From contig DCVM01000058.1 of the NCBI GenBank assembly GCA_002327985.1, forward strand, positions 21,460-85,459: a DNA stretch of 64,000 nt, written 5' to 3'. Each line of letters opens with the position of its first letter. Position 1 is the stretch's first letter. The notes beneath the pieces are model-generated. The model ran no database searches, had not been told where the DNA came from, and saw only the letters and a list, made by a program, of their open reading frames with translations. This document shows, one piece after another, positions 55,207 through 63,734 of this stretch. The position numbers and the translations under genes are program-made. The DNA is from Syntrophaceae bacterium UBA2188 (GTDB lineage Bacteria > Desulfobacterota > BSN033 > UBA1163).

Positions 55207-56061
55207 ATGAAAAGAAGATTAAGCATAAGGCCATTGAACTTTATCAAGACCTTCATCCCTGCCGGCCCTTTGATGGTAATTTTAGTTATTCTCGCTCACA
55301 CTCTGGCTTTCAGTGCAGACAGATTAGTGGTTCAGAACGCTTTGGGTGAAACAAAGTTCGTTGTAACACAGGAGGGTAAGGTAGGTGTGGGGACATCTAT
55401 TCCCGGACAGGACCTTGACATCGTTGCCCCTGACAATGGGCTGCTTCTCCTCTCAAACACGATCACAGACAGTACGACCAAGGTCTCCCGAATTGTTTTA
55501 CGTCACTATTCTAATGCTCAATTGCCTGTCTATTTTTTCGGTGCCGCCTCCACATCCACCGATAATTTTGTTGCCCTTGGTGGTGGAGCCCCCATCGGCA
55601 ATGCTGCCACCCAAATTGACCTCTTTACAACAGAAAATACGACCACACCGGTTGGGACACCACGATTGACCATCATTGGCAATGGCTATGTGGGGATTGG
55701 GATTCAGGATCCTGAGTATCCCTTGGAGATGGCCAGTGGGGCCTATGTGACCACAGGTGGGGTCTGGACCAATGCTTCGAGCCGGGAGTATAAGGATAAC
55801 ATCGAAACCCTTGCCACAGAGGAAGCTCTTGATGCGTTAAAGGAACTTAATCCCGTGAAGTTTGGTTATAAAAAAGACGTGACTGAGAAGCACGTAGGAT
55901 TTATAGCGGAAGAGGTTCCTGATCTTATCGCAACAAAAGACAGAAAAGGGTTAAGTCCGATGGACATCGTGGCGGTGCTCACCAAAGTGGTTCAGGAGCA
56001 GCAGAAAGCGATTTCAACTCTTTATGAAAAAGTATCTGAGCTTGAAAAAACGCTCAAATAA
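55207..56061 (+). CDS. Short secreted fibre protein with peptidase-S74 intramolecular chaperone domain (paralog 3)
   Basis: MKRRLSIRPL leader. Same architecture as paralog 1 (GKVGVGTSIP...DNGLLLLSNT...GGVWTNASSREYKDNIE...HVGFIAEEVPDLI). GAGGAGG RBS before ATG 55207. Confidence 0.8.
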   Translation: MKRRLSIRPLNFIKTFIPAGPLMVILVILAHTLAFSADRLVVQNALGETKFVVTQEGKVGVGTSIPGQDLDIVAPDNGLLLLSNTITDSTTKVSRIVLRHYSNAQLPVYFFGAASTSTDNFVALGGGAPIGNAATQIDLFTTENTTTPVGTPRLTIIGNGYVGIGIQDPEYPLEMASGAYVTTGGVWTNASSREYKDNIETLATEEALDALKELNPVKFGYKKDVTEKHVGFIAEEVPDLIATKDRKGLSPMDIVAVLTKVVQEQQKAISTLYEKVSELEKTLK

Positions 56062-56267
56062 AATTCTTCAAGCTTTTAGGTGGGTGTTATTTCCTTCTTA
56101 AAATAACCTCTTGTTATCTCCACTTATAAGTTGATAGCACTTTCTTTTTTCTCAATTTCCGATTGACAAAAAATGGTATTTCTTTTAGTCTTTACACAGA
56201 AAATAATTTTCAAATCCCTCATCATCCTTTTATCTAAAGGAATGATGAGGTAAAAAGGGAGGGTAAA

Positions 56268-57581
56268 ATGAAAAAAAAGATCATGATTTGTGCAATGGTT
56301 CTGTTTTTGTCTGCATTTTCAGGGATTGCCTTTGGAGGGACAGAGGGAACTATCAACACTTTCTATGGCACAGGGGCTGGGGGAACTACAACCGGAGATG
56401 ATGACTATGACACCTTTATAGGTGCGGGTGCCGGTTACTCAAACACCACCGGTTATTACAACACCTTCCTAGGATTTGGGGCTGGCTACCTCAACACCAC
56501 CGGTTATGCTAACACCTTCCTGGGGTACCGTGCCGGCTATAACACCAACGGTATCTCTAACACCTTCCTGGGGTTTGAGGCCGGCTACTCCAACACCACA
56601 GGTAACAGTAACATTTTCCTGGGGCCTTTGGCCGGCTACTCCAGCACCACCGGTTACTTCAACACCTTCCTGGGGGAGGCTGCCGGCTATTTCAACAGCA
56701 CCGGTATCTCTAACACCTTCCTGGGGTATGCTGCCGGATACAACAACACCGGCTCCGGAAACGTTTTCCTTGGCAATAAAGCAGGGTATTATGAGGCAGG
56801 CTCAAACAAACTCTACATAGACTACTCACAAACCTCTACCCCCCTCATCTATGGAGAGTTTGATAATAGGATATTGACCATCCACGGGAACCTTGAGGTA
56901 ATCGGCCCTGACAATGGACTGGTCTATCTGTCAAACACCACTGCTGACAACACGGACAAAGGATCCCGGATGGTCTTAAATCACTATTCAAACGCCCAAT
57001 TGCCGGTTTACCTTTTCGGGGCATACTCAGGCCCAACGGATAACTTTGTTGCCTTTGGCGGAGGAGCCCTCATCGGCAATGCAGCCACCCAGCTTGACCT
57101 CTTCACCGCTCCGAATACCACCACCCCTGCGGGATACCCAAGACTCACCATCATTGGCAATGGGTATGTGGGGATTGGGACCCAGAGTCCTTTTTATCCC
57201 TTGGAGATGGCCAGTGGGGCTCATGTGACCACCGGAGGGGTCTGGACCAATGCTTCGAGCAGGGAGTATAAGGAAAACATCATAGCTCTTGCCACGGAGG
57301 AGGCCCTTGATACCTTGAAGGAGCTTAATCCAGTGAAGTTTGCTTATAAGAAAGACATGACCGAGAAGCATGTGGGGTTTATTGCGGAAGAAGTGCCTGA
57401 TCTGATCGCAACGAGGGATCGGAAGGGACTAAGTCCTATGGACATCGTGGCGGTACTCACCAAGGTGGTTCAAGAACAGCAGAAGGTTATTGAGGAACAA
57501 CAGAAGACCGCGCAAGAGCAGCGCAATGCCATTTCTTTGCTCAAAGAGGAGTTGAATGAACTAAAGGAGAAAGTCAGATAA
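56268..57581 (+). CDS. Secreted fibre protein: tandem NTFLG-x-AGY-x-NTTG repeat head plus fibre module plus peptidase-S74 chaperone domain (paralog 4)
   Basis: Signal peptide. About 7-8 repeats of 16-17 aa. C-terminal 225 aa are nearly identical to paralog 1. Confidence 0.8.
   Translation: MKKKIMICAMVLFLSAFSGIAFGGTEGTINTFYGTGAGGTTTGDDDYDTFIGAGAGYSNTTGYYNTFLGFGAGYLNTTGYANTFLGYRAGYNTNGISNTFLGFEAGYSNTTGNSNIFLGPLAGYSSTTGYFNTFLGEAAGYFNSTGISNTFLGYAAGYNNTGSGNVFLGNKAGYYEAGSNKLYIDYSQTSTPLIYGEFDNRILTIHGNLEVIGPDNGLVYLSNTTADNTDKGSRMVLNHYSNAQLPVYLFGAYSGPTDNFVAFGGGALIGNAATQLDLFTAPNTTTPAGYPRLTIIGNGYVGIGTQSPFYPLEMASGAHVTTGGVWTNASSREYKENIIALATEEALDTLKELNPVKFAYKKDMTEKHVGFIAEEVPDLIATRDRKGLSPMDIVAVLTKVVQEQQKVIEEQQKTAQEQRNAISLLKEELNELKEKVR
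56413..56790 (+). repeat. In-frame tandem coding repeats (about 48-51 nt period) in the paralog 4 head
   Basis: AACACCTTCCTGGGG recurs at a 48-51-nt spacing. Protein repeat: NTFLGxxAGYxNTTGxx. Confidence 0.75.
57315..57455 (+). repeat. 141-nt perfect inverted repeat partner of 20989-21129
   Basis: See 20989-21129. Confidence 0.85.
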
Positions 57582-57680
57582 ACCCTGTTAGAAATTCCAG
57601 GGAAGGCGTTAAACTCAGTCGGAATGATTGAGAATGTTACCTTTTGCAGAGCAACAGGGCATTATTTCTGACAGGGTAAA
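57580..57680. repeat. Roughly 100-nt intergenic element, copy B (copy A at 11499-11592)
   Basis: CCCUGUUAGAAA (5') can pair with UUUCUGACAGGG (3') as a 12-bp closing stem. Shares ordered blocks with copy A. Confidence 0.5.
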
Positions 57681-57731
57681 CAAGAAGCAACAGTGAAGTG
57701 AATGGAAGTGAGATGATGAGAGGCTAATTTG

Positions 57732-57765
57732 AGGCAGGATCAAACATGATCCTGCCTTTTCATTT
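57732..57765 (+). terminator. Rho-independent terminator
   Basis: AGGCAGGATCaaacatGATCCTGCCT followed by TTTTCATTT. Confidence 0.7.
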
Positions 57766-57773
57766 ATTAAGGG

Positions 57774-58853
57774 ATGGGGATAACACAGTTCATCTCTCCG
57801 ACGATGTCGTACTTGCAGGGAATAGAGTGGCAAGTTAAAATAGCGAGACGCGAGGAAGTGAATAAGACCCGGAGGTCCTATTCCTTGAAGAAGAAAGTTT
57901 TATTGCCTGTTATTGCTCTTGCCTTGGTTCTTCTTGTATTTTGCTATGTACACCTTATTCCAAGGATTCAAACCGTGGTGGGAAAAAGGATTTATCGGAG
58001 TTCTCAGCTTTCAGCTCATTTCCTGGAAAAAGTAATAAGAGAAAAGGGCATTAAGACAATGATTAATCTAAGGGGAGAGGATAAAGATTCGAAGTGGTAC
58101 ATCGAAGAAAATGAAATATGTAGAAAAAATAACGTAACACTGTATGATTGTAGGCTGCATGCCTCTGATCTCCCCAAAACTCGTATCCTCATGAAGATAA
58201 TAAATATACTTCTTACGTCTGAACGACCTCTCTTGATTCATTGTGTTGCAGGGGTTGATAGGACTGGGTTCGTCAGCGCCTTAGCTCTGGCCATCGAAAA
58301 GGATCTTCCACTCTTTGAACTAAAGAAACAATTTTCGTGGAGATATGGTGTCTTTCCTTTTAATAGATTAATCGGGCCGCTTTTTTTTTCTAAATATGAA
58401 CAATGGCTTGAAAAAATGCAGAGGCCCCATAGCAAAGAAAATCTAATTTATTGGATTAACCTTGAATATGTTGATAGCCAGGAAAATATCGAATTTAACA
58501 TTGACCACATTAATGGGAAACATTCTAAGAAAATAATTACTTTATCTAAAAACTCAAAAACGATATGGATGGAGGGTTGGGCTTTTAACACCCGTACCAA
58601 CTCACCCTTAGAAGACCTCCGGGTTATCATTGATAATCGAATTTCATTAAAAGCTGATAGGGTGAACAGGCCTGACGTTGCCACGTTCTTCGAATTAAAA
58701 AAACATGAAGATCATTTTATGGTGGGTTGGAGGGTGTCACCTGATAGAAACACCATAGGCGAAGGATGTCACAAAATATCTTTCAGAATCAATGATAACC
58801 AATCAGGGAGTTTGGATATCCCAACAGATTTAGCATTTTGTATTGAAGATTAA
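57774..58853 (+). CDS. Membrane-anchored protein-tyrosine/dual-specificity phosphatase-like protein with an uncharacterised C-terminal domain
   Basis: CX5R motif HCVAGVDRTG. One TM (VLLPVIALALVLLVFCYVHL). The start is uncertain because the terminator lies only 10-40 nt upstream. Confidence 0.6.
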   Translation: MGITQFISPTMSYLQGIEWQVKIARREEVNKTRRSYSLKKKVLLPVIALALVLLVFCYVHLIPRIQTVVGKRIYRSSQLSAHFLEKVIREKGIKTMINLRGEDKDSKWYIEENEICRKNNVTLYDCRLHASDLPKTRILMKIINILLTSERPLLIHCVAGVDRTGFVSALALAIEKDLPLFELKKQFSWRYGVFPFNRLIGPLFFSKYEQWLEKMQRPHSKENLIYWINLEYVDSQENIEFNIDHINGKHSKKIITLSKNSKTIWMEGWAFNTRTNSPLEDLRVIIDNRISLKADRVNRPDVATFFELKKHEDHFMVGWRVSPDRNTIGEGCHKISFRINDNQSGSLDIPTDLAFCIED

Positions 58854-58946
58854 ATTCGGAGTCGTTTCACAGGGGCGAGACATTGTCTCGCCCTTTTTGA
58901 TATCCTTATCCACTTCTCAACTACCTTTATAAAAATCCATCGAATA

Positions 58947-59645
58947 CTAAAAAATTAATTTCGAAACTTGCTCTTCACTCTGTTCCGCTGTATCAATCTC
59001 AATAAGTTTAAATGGCATTTTAACCCGTGCCATCTGTAAGGTGTCTCTAAATTTCTGATCCAAGGACCGAAGAGACTCTTCATGCTCATGAAGGTGCAGC
59101 CAGTAGTCCCTTCCGTAAGTAATCTTAGGGTGATCACCCGAAATCCTCTTATAGATTCGTTCCATGGCTATTTGGACAGGAGTATTTAGGAAGAAGTATA
59201 GATCTCGGAATGGAAGTCGAGAATAAAGCTGGGCGAATCTCAACTTGCTCTCGGTCGTCATTCTCCGGCTGATCCAGGGGTAGTAAAATTCACTATAAAT
59301 GGACGAATCAATAATCATACATCGAGTGCCCATAACCAACTCCGGATGGTATTTCTTGATCATGTAGGGTTCTAACCATCCTTGGAAAAAGAAGAAAAGT
59401 AGCCTGGTCAGTCCAATCCACTGTCTTTTCTTGGTTGCATCGACCCTCTTAAAAAGACCTTCGAAAAAATTGCCTATGATCGGAAGACAGGGAATAACAT
59501 TTCCTCTCCAGATGAAAAAAGAACCTCTGCCTGTCTTACAGGCAGGAATTTGGTGACTCAGGGCATCAATCACTTTAAGAGTAGTAGTGCTTTTCCCAGA
59601 ATCATCGATACCAATAATAGAAATGCGAAGGGGTTTCATATCCAT
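58947..59645 (-). CDS. P-loop NTPase, thymidylate/nucleoside-kinase-like
   Basis: ISIIGIDDSGKSTT Walker A. The ATG abuts the stop of the upstream GT gene (TAGATG). Confidence 0.5.
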   Translation of the reverse strand: MDMKPLRISIIGIDDSGKSTTTLKVIDALSHQIPACKTGRGSFFIWRGNVIPCLPIIGNFFEGLFKRVDATKKRQWIGLTRLLFFFFQGWLEPYMIKKYHPELVMGTRCMIIDSSIYSEFYYPWISRRMTTESKLRFAQLYSRLPFRDLYFFLNTPVQIAMERIYKRISGDHPKITYGRDYWLHLHEHEESLRSLDQKFRDTLQMARVKMPFKLIEIDTAEQSEEQVSKLIF

Positions 59646-61151
59646 CTATTGAATCCTTTTATAGACAATAATCTTTTCCATCCCCTTCCCTTCAAATCGA
59701 GCGAGTTCAACAAAATCCCTTTTAATGGCTTCACCATTTTTAGGAAAGTCGATGATTTCCCTTTCCTCAATCGCCAAATAGAGAGCATTTCTTTCTACCA
59801 TGGAGGCCATTATCCTATCAAAACTGTCTTTATTTAAATCAATATATTCACCGTCTCCATTGGCGTAGTAGACGACACGGGGCACTGTTGTGAAAATGGT
59901 TATCCCTTTCCCAAATTGGTTTCTCATCCACACTCCTGCCCACTTCTCGGGTAAACGGTCGTACCTTTGAGGCTTGAAGGTCTTAGGAAGAACGATCGCC
60001 GCCACGATGAAGAATAATATCCCCCATACGATTAGAGATCTGTTCCCTGTTTGGGATCGGAGAAATAAACGAAGTGTTCCGGTCTTTTCGTCAATCCAGT
60101 TGTGGATCACCAGAATGCCCTGGCCAACCCAATAGACTGAAAACAATAATAAAGGCAACACATATCTTCCGCTAAAATAGTCAGCCTGAATGGCCCCCTT
60201 CCTGACCCATACCGTTATATTCAGTAGGAATAAGAATAAAACTGCATAATGTAAGATGCAAAAGGATAAAAGAAAGCCCTCCCCTTTTCTAAAATGAGGA
60301 GAAGACCTTTTCACCAAACCAACGACCGCCAAAAAAATGTACAGAGGGTGAACGATAAAGAAGATTTCAAGGTTCAATCTCCTGAAGCTGAACAGGAGCT
60401 TATCGATGAATGGAGTTTCGCCTCCGGTTATTCCCAAACCCAAAAACCAGGCCATTGTCTTTGCTCTGCTCAAAGTCCATACGCCAGTCGTTTCCCTCAA
60501 ATAAATGAGATAAGGGAGAAAAAAGAGGAGAGAGGATAAGACCATCAGGAGGATGATCGTCCATTTATTTTTGGCTCCATTGACCTGTCTCATAAAAAGA
60601 ACATAAAAGAAAACAACTAAAACCACTTCAATGCCATCAGGTCTGGCCAGATAAGCGATCGCAGAGTAAAGGGGGATGAAAAAAAACGGAAATTTTCTTC
60701 CCTTCTCAATCGTCTCCCAGGCAAACCAGAGGCCTGCCACCAGAAAGAAGAGGTAAGTCGATTCCTTAAGGACGTCCGCTGAAAACCTTCGAATATAAGG
60801 ATGGACAAGCAAAAGAAGAGTGGAAAGGAAGGCAATTCTTTGATCAAATATTTGCCTGCCCAGAAAATAGGCAGGGAAGATCAGTAAGATACCGAAAAGA
60901 GTGGATACCCATTTCCCGGCTAATTCAAAATCAGATGCCCATTGGAAAATAAAGGCAATCAAAAAGGGATACAGAGGTTGCTGGTTATGGCTGAACCCCT
61001 TCTTGAAAAGGCCTGAGGCAAAATCTTTGGCAATGGGGATATATTGAAACGCCCCATCCAGGGAAATGACATAAGTTCGAAAGAAAAGATAGAGGCTTAG
61101 AATGATGGAAAACAAGAGAAGCAGGGCAAGATTTATTTTTTCGTTTCTCAT
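59646..61151 (-). CDS. Polytopic glycosyltransferase of the ArnT/PMT (GT39/GT83-like) type
   Basis: 501 aa, at least 10 hydrophobic segments followed by a soluble C-terminal domain. Family call by architecture only. Confidence 0.55.
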   Translation of the reverse strand: MRNEKINLALLLLFSIILSLYLFFRTYVISLDGAFQYIPIAKDFASGLFKKGFSHNQQPLYPFLIAFIFQWASDFELAGKWVSTLFGILLIFPAYFLGRQIFDQRIAFLSTLLLLVHPYIRRFSADVLKESTYLFFLVAGLWFAWETIEKGRKFPFFFIPLYSAIAYLARPDGIEVVLVVFFYVLFMRQVNGAKNKWTIILLMVLSSLLFFLPYLIYLRETTGVWTLSRAKTMAWFLGLGITGGETPFIDKLLFSFRRLNLEIFFIVHPLYIFLAVVGLVKRSSPHFRKGEGFLLSFCILHYAVLFLFLLNITVWVRKGAIQADYFSGRYVLPLLLFSVYWVGQGILVIHNWIDEKTGTLRLFLRSQTGNRSLIVWGILFFIVAAIVLPKTFKPQRYDRLPEKWAGVWMRNQFGKGITIFTTVPRVVYYANGDGEYIDLNKDSFDRIMASMVERNALYLAIEEREIIDFPKNGEAIKRDFVELARFEGKGMEKIIVYKRIQ

Positions 61152-61313
61152 TCAGTCACGGGACCCTACTGCCTGCCCTGTACCAGCACGGTTCAGGGCT
61201 GTCACCAGACAAATACATGATCAAATCTTATAAGGAAACTGGATGATCGAGCCTCCTCTTTCGAGCTTCGTGCTTCGATACCAGCATCGTCACCCATAAC
61301 CGTTCATAAAAAA

Positions 61314-62720
61314 TTAATAGGCTGATTTACTGAAGAGTCCTCTCCAGAGGGTCATCGAAAGAATCCTCAGATCAAAACCAATCGACCAATTCTGAATGTA
61401 ATAAAGATCATGCTCGATCCTTTTTTCCAGAGAGGTATTTCCCCTCCACCCATTCACTTGAGCCCAACCGGTCATTCCGGCTTTGATCTTGTGCCGAAGC
61501 ATATAGAGAGGAATTTTATTTCTAAATTCTTGAACAAAATTGGGTCTCTCTGGCCGGGGGCCAACCAGACTCATCTCTCCCTTGAGCACGTTGAACAACT
61601 GAGGAAGTTCATCCAGACTGGTTTCTCGCAAGAAGACACCGCTTTTTGTCCTTCTGGGATCGTTTTCCTTAGCCCAAACGGGCCCGGTTTCACTTTCAGC
61701 CCCCACACGCATGGTTCTGAATTTCAACATCCGAAAAAGATGGCCATCAAATCCTAAACGCTCCTGTTTGTATAAGACCGGACCTTTGGAGGTCAATTTG
61801 ATTATAAGGCCGATGATCAGCATGATAGGAGATAGGATTACCAATATCAGACTTCCTATGAAGAGATCGAATGTCCTCTTAAACACACGATCCCAACCAT
61901 AGAGAGGCGAAGTTTGAAGGCTGATGATTGGAAGATCACCCAATTCGTCCATACCCCCTCTCAAGCTCAGGAATTCATAAGATCCTGGCACCACCTTAAT
62001 CTCTGGTAAACGTCCCCAGAGTTTTTTATACAGGCTTTCAAAACAGTCATATTCATTGATAGAAAGGGCAATAAAGAAAATATCAACCTCCATCTGACTT
62101 AGGAATTGATCAAGGTCTTCATATAATCCCAGCACTGGAATATTTTTAATCTTTTTTCCAACCTCCTCGACGTTATGTGTCAAAAATCCGATTACCTCTA
62201 TTCCTAATTCCGGATAGAGTTCAAATTTTTCCAATACCTTTTGACCCAGTGAACCTGTTCCAGCAATGAGGACAAACCGCCGGTTATATCCTCGGCTACG
62301 AAAAACCTTAAGCGTCTTTCGAGCAAAATATCTCACTAAAAGAACTCCCAAAAAACTGATCACCCAAAAATAAAAGAATGCCAATCGGGAAAACTCAAAC
62401 CTTCCAAAAAGGTAGATCACTGCGATCAAGAGAAAAAGGGTCAACGTGAGACTTTTCAAAACATCTAAATATTCTTTTAAAAAATGCTCGATTCTCCGGG
62501 GACGATATAATTTGGACCTTTCCGAAACCAAACCCCATATCAGCCAAAGAGGTAATAAAAATCCAATGTAAGTCAGAAAAGGAGGAGTTCCCAATGTTGG
62601 AGGGATGATCAGGTCTGTGTAAAATCTCAAAAAGTAAGAGAGGATCCAGGCCAGGGCAAGAATGAACAAGTCTGAAATAATGAACAGAGATTTAAAGAAT
62701 CGGGCATGCCTTTTTAGCAT
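61314..62720 (-). CDS. Polyprenyl glycosylphosphotransferase (WbaP/EPS sugar transferase family)
   Basis: N-terminal TMs, central Rossmann-like region, C-terminal KRTFDL...LVGPRPERP...GMTGWAQVNG motifs. Confidence 0.85.
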   Translation of the reverse strand: MLKRHARFFKSLFIISDLFILALAWILSYFLRFYTDLIIPPTLGTPPFLTYIGFLLPLWLIWGLVSERSKLYRPRRIEHFLKEYLDVLKSLTLTLFLLIAVIYLFGRFEFSRLAFFYFWVISFLGVLLVRYFARKTLKVFRSRGYNRRFVLIAGTGSLGQKVLEKFELYPELGIEVIGFLTHNVEEVGKKIKNIPVLGLYEDLDQFLSQMEVDIFFIALSINEYDCFESLYKKLWGRLPEIKVVPGSYEFLSLRGGMDELGDLPIISLQTSPLYGWDRVFKRTFDLFIGSLILVILSPIMLIIGLIIKLTSKGPVLYKQERLGFDGHLFRMLKFRTMRVGAESETGPVWAKENDPRRTKSGVFLRETSLDELPQLFNVLKGEMSLVGPRPERPNFVQEFRNKIPLYMLRHKIKAGMTGWAQVNGWRGNTSLEKRIEHDLYYIQNWSIGFDLRILSMTLWRGLFSKSAY

Positions 62721-62726
62721 CTCAAA

Positions 62727-63659
62727 TCACCTCGATCCAGAAGAGGAGGTGCCATATTCCCAAAAGTTTTTATTGAAACTTAACTTTTTTTTAATAGCTA
62801 AGGGTAAGCTTTCTTCCAAGAGCCCTGTCCTATATCCAAGAAAACGGCTGGCGGTATCGGCTAAGGCATAGGGTATCCAGCCTTTTTGACCATTTGCAGA
62901 CAGAAATCGAATCTCTTCCTTCAGATATCTGATCCCCTCTTTTTCCGATCTGGCCATCTCCCTAATCCACTGGTTTCTATGGAAAAAGACTCCGATATCA
63001 AAATATCTTTTAAATTGTGTGGTGAAGGAGTAATGATGTGAATGGTATACCACCGCATCCGCTTGATAGGCTATCTTATAACCTTTTTGGAGGAGCTTTG
63101 CGGCCAGAAACATGTCTTCATTCATGATGGTTTTTCCCGGAAACCCACCCACCTCTTCATAAGCTCTTTTTTTTATCGCGGAGCAGGCATTTGAAAAGAA
63201 AAAGGTCCTGACTCCAAGTTTCGGTAAATCCTCTATCCCCTTCATCATCTCCGCAGAAGGGTAATTGAAAGACTTTGCAAATACCTGTATGGGATTGGCC
63301 TCCTCATCGTGGATCTGCCTACCGTAGGAAGCGGCGATCATGGGATGCTTCAATGGACTGATCAGGTTCTTAAGACATTCCTTGTTTTCGAAAAAAGCAT
63401 CCTGAGTCATAAAAACAAAAACATCCCCAATGACTCTTGAGGCAGCGAGATTTCTCGTTCCCCCATGGTCGAAGGCTTTTGCATCAATTTGAATGAAGTC
63501 AGCACCGAAGGTTCTGCAAATATTTTGGGTATCATCATCAGAAGATGAATCAACAACTAATATCTGGACTGGCCTGAACATCTGCTCTTTTAATGTTGTA
63601 AAGAGCCGCCCTAAATATCTTGCCCCATTTTTAGTCGGAATAATAATTGAAACTTTCAT
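62727..63659 (-). CDS. Glycosyltransferase family 2
   Basis: VSIIIPTKNGARYL...VVDSSSDDDT...DAFF GT-A motifs. Confidence 0.8.
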   Translation of the reverse strand: MKVSIIIPTKNGARYLGRLFTTLKEQMFRPVQILVVDSSSDDDTQNICRTFGADFIQIDAKAFDHGGTRNLAASRVIGDVFVFMTQDAFFENKECLKNLISPLKHPMIAASYGRQIHDEEANPIQVFAKSFNYPSAEMMKGIEDLPKLGVRTFFFSNACSAIKKRAYEEVGGFPGKTIMNEDMFLAAKLLQKGYKIAYQADAVVYHSHHYSFTTQFKRYFDIGVFFHRNQWIREMARSEKEGIRYLKEEIRFLSANGQKGWIPYALADTASRFLGYRTGLLEESLPLAIKKKLSFNKNFWEYGTSSSGSR

Positions 63660-63734
63660 CCCTTCCTCTAATCATGAGCTTCTGGATTCCTTCATTATCG
63701 AACGTCTCCCGTCCTCTCGAATTAAATATTGAGA

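Noticed and set aside
49845-57581. Diversity-generating retroelement or invertase-driven phase variation of the fibre genes
   Set aside because: No reverse transcriptase, template repeat with adenine-specific differences, or site-specific recombinase gene is in the window. The variation seen is explained by homologous recombination between paralogs.
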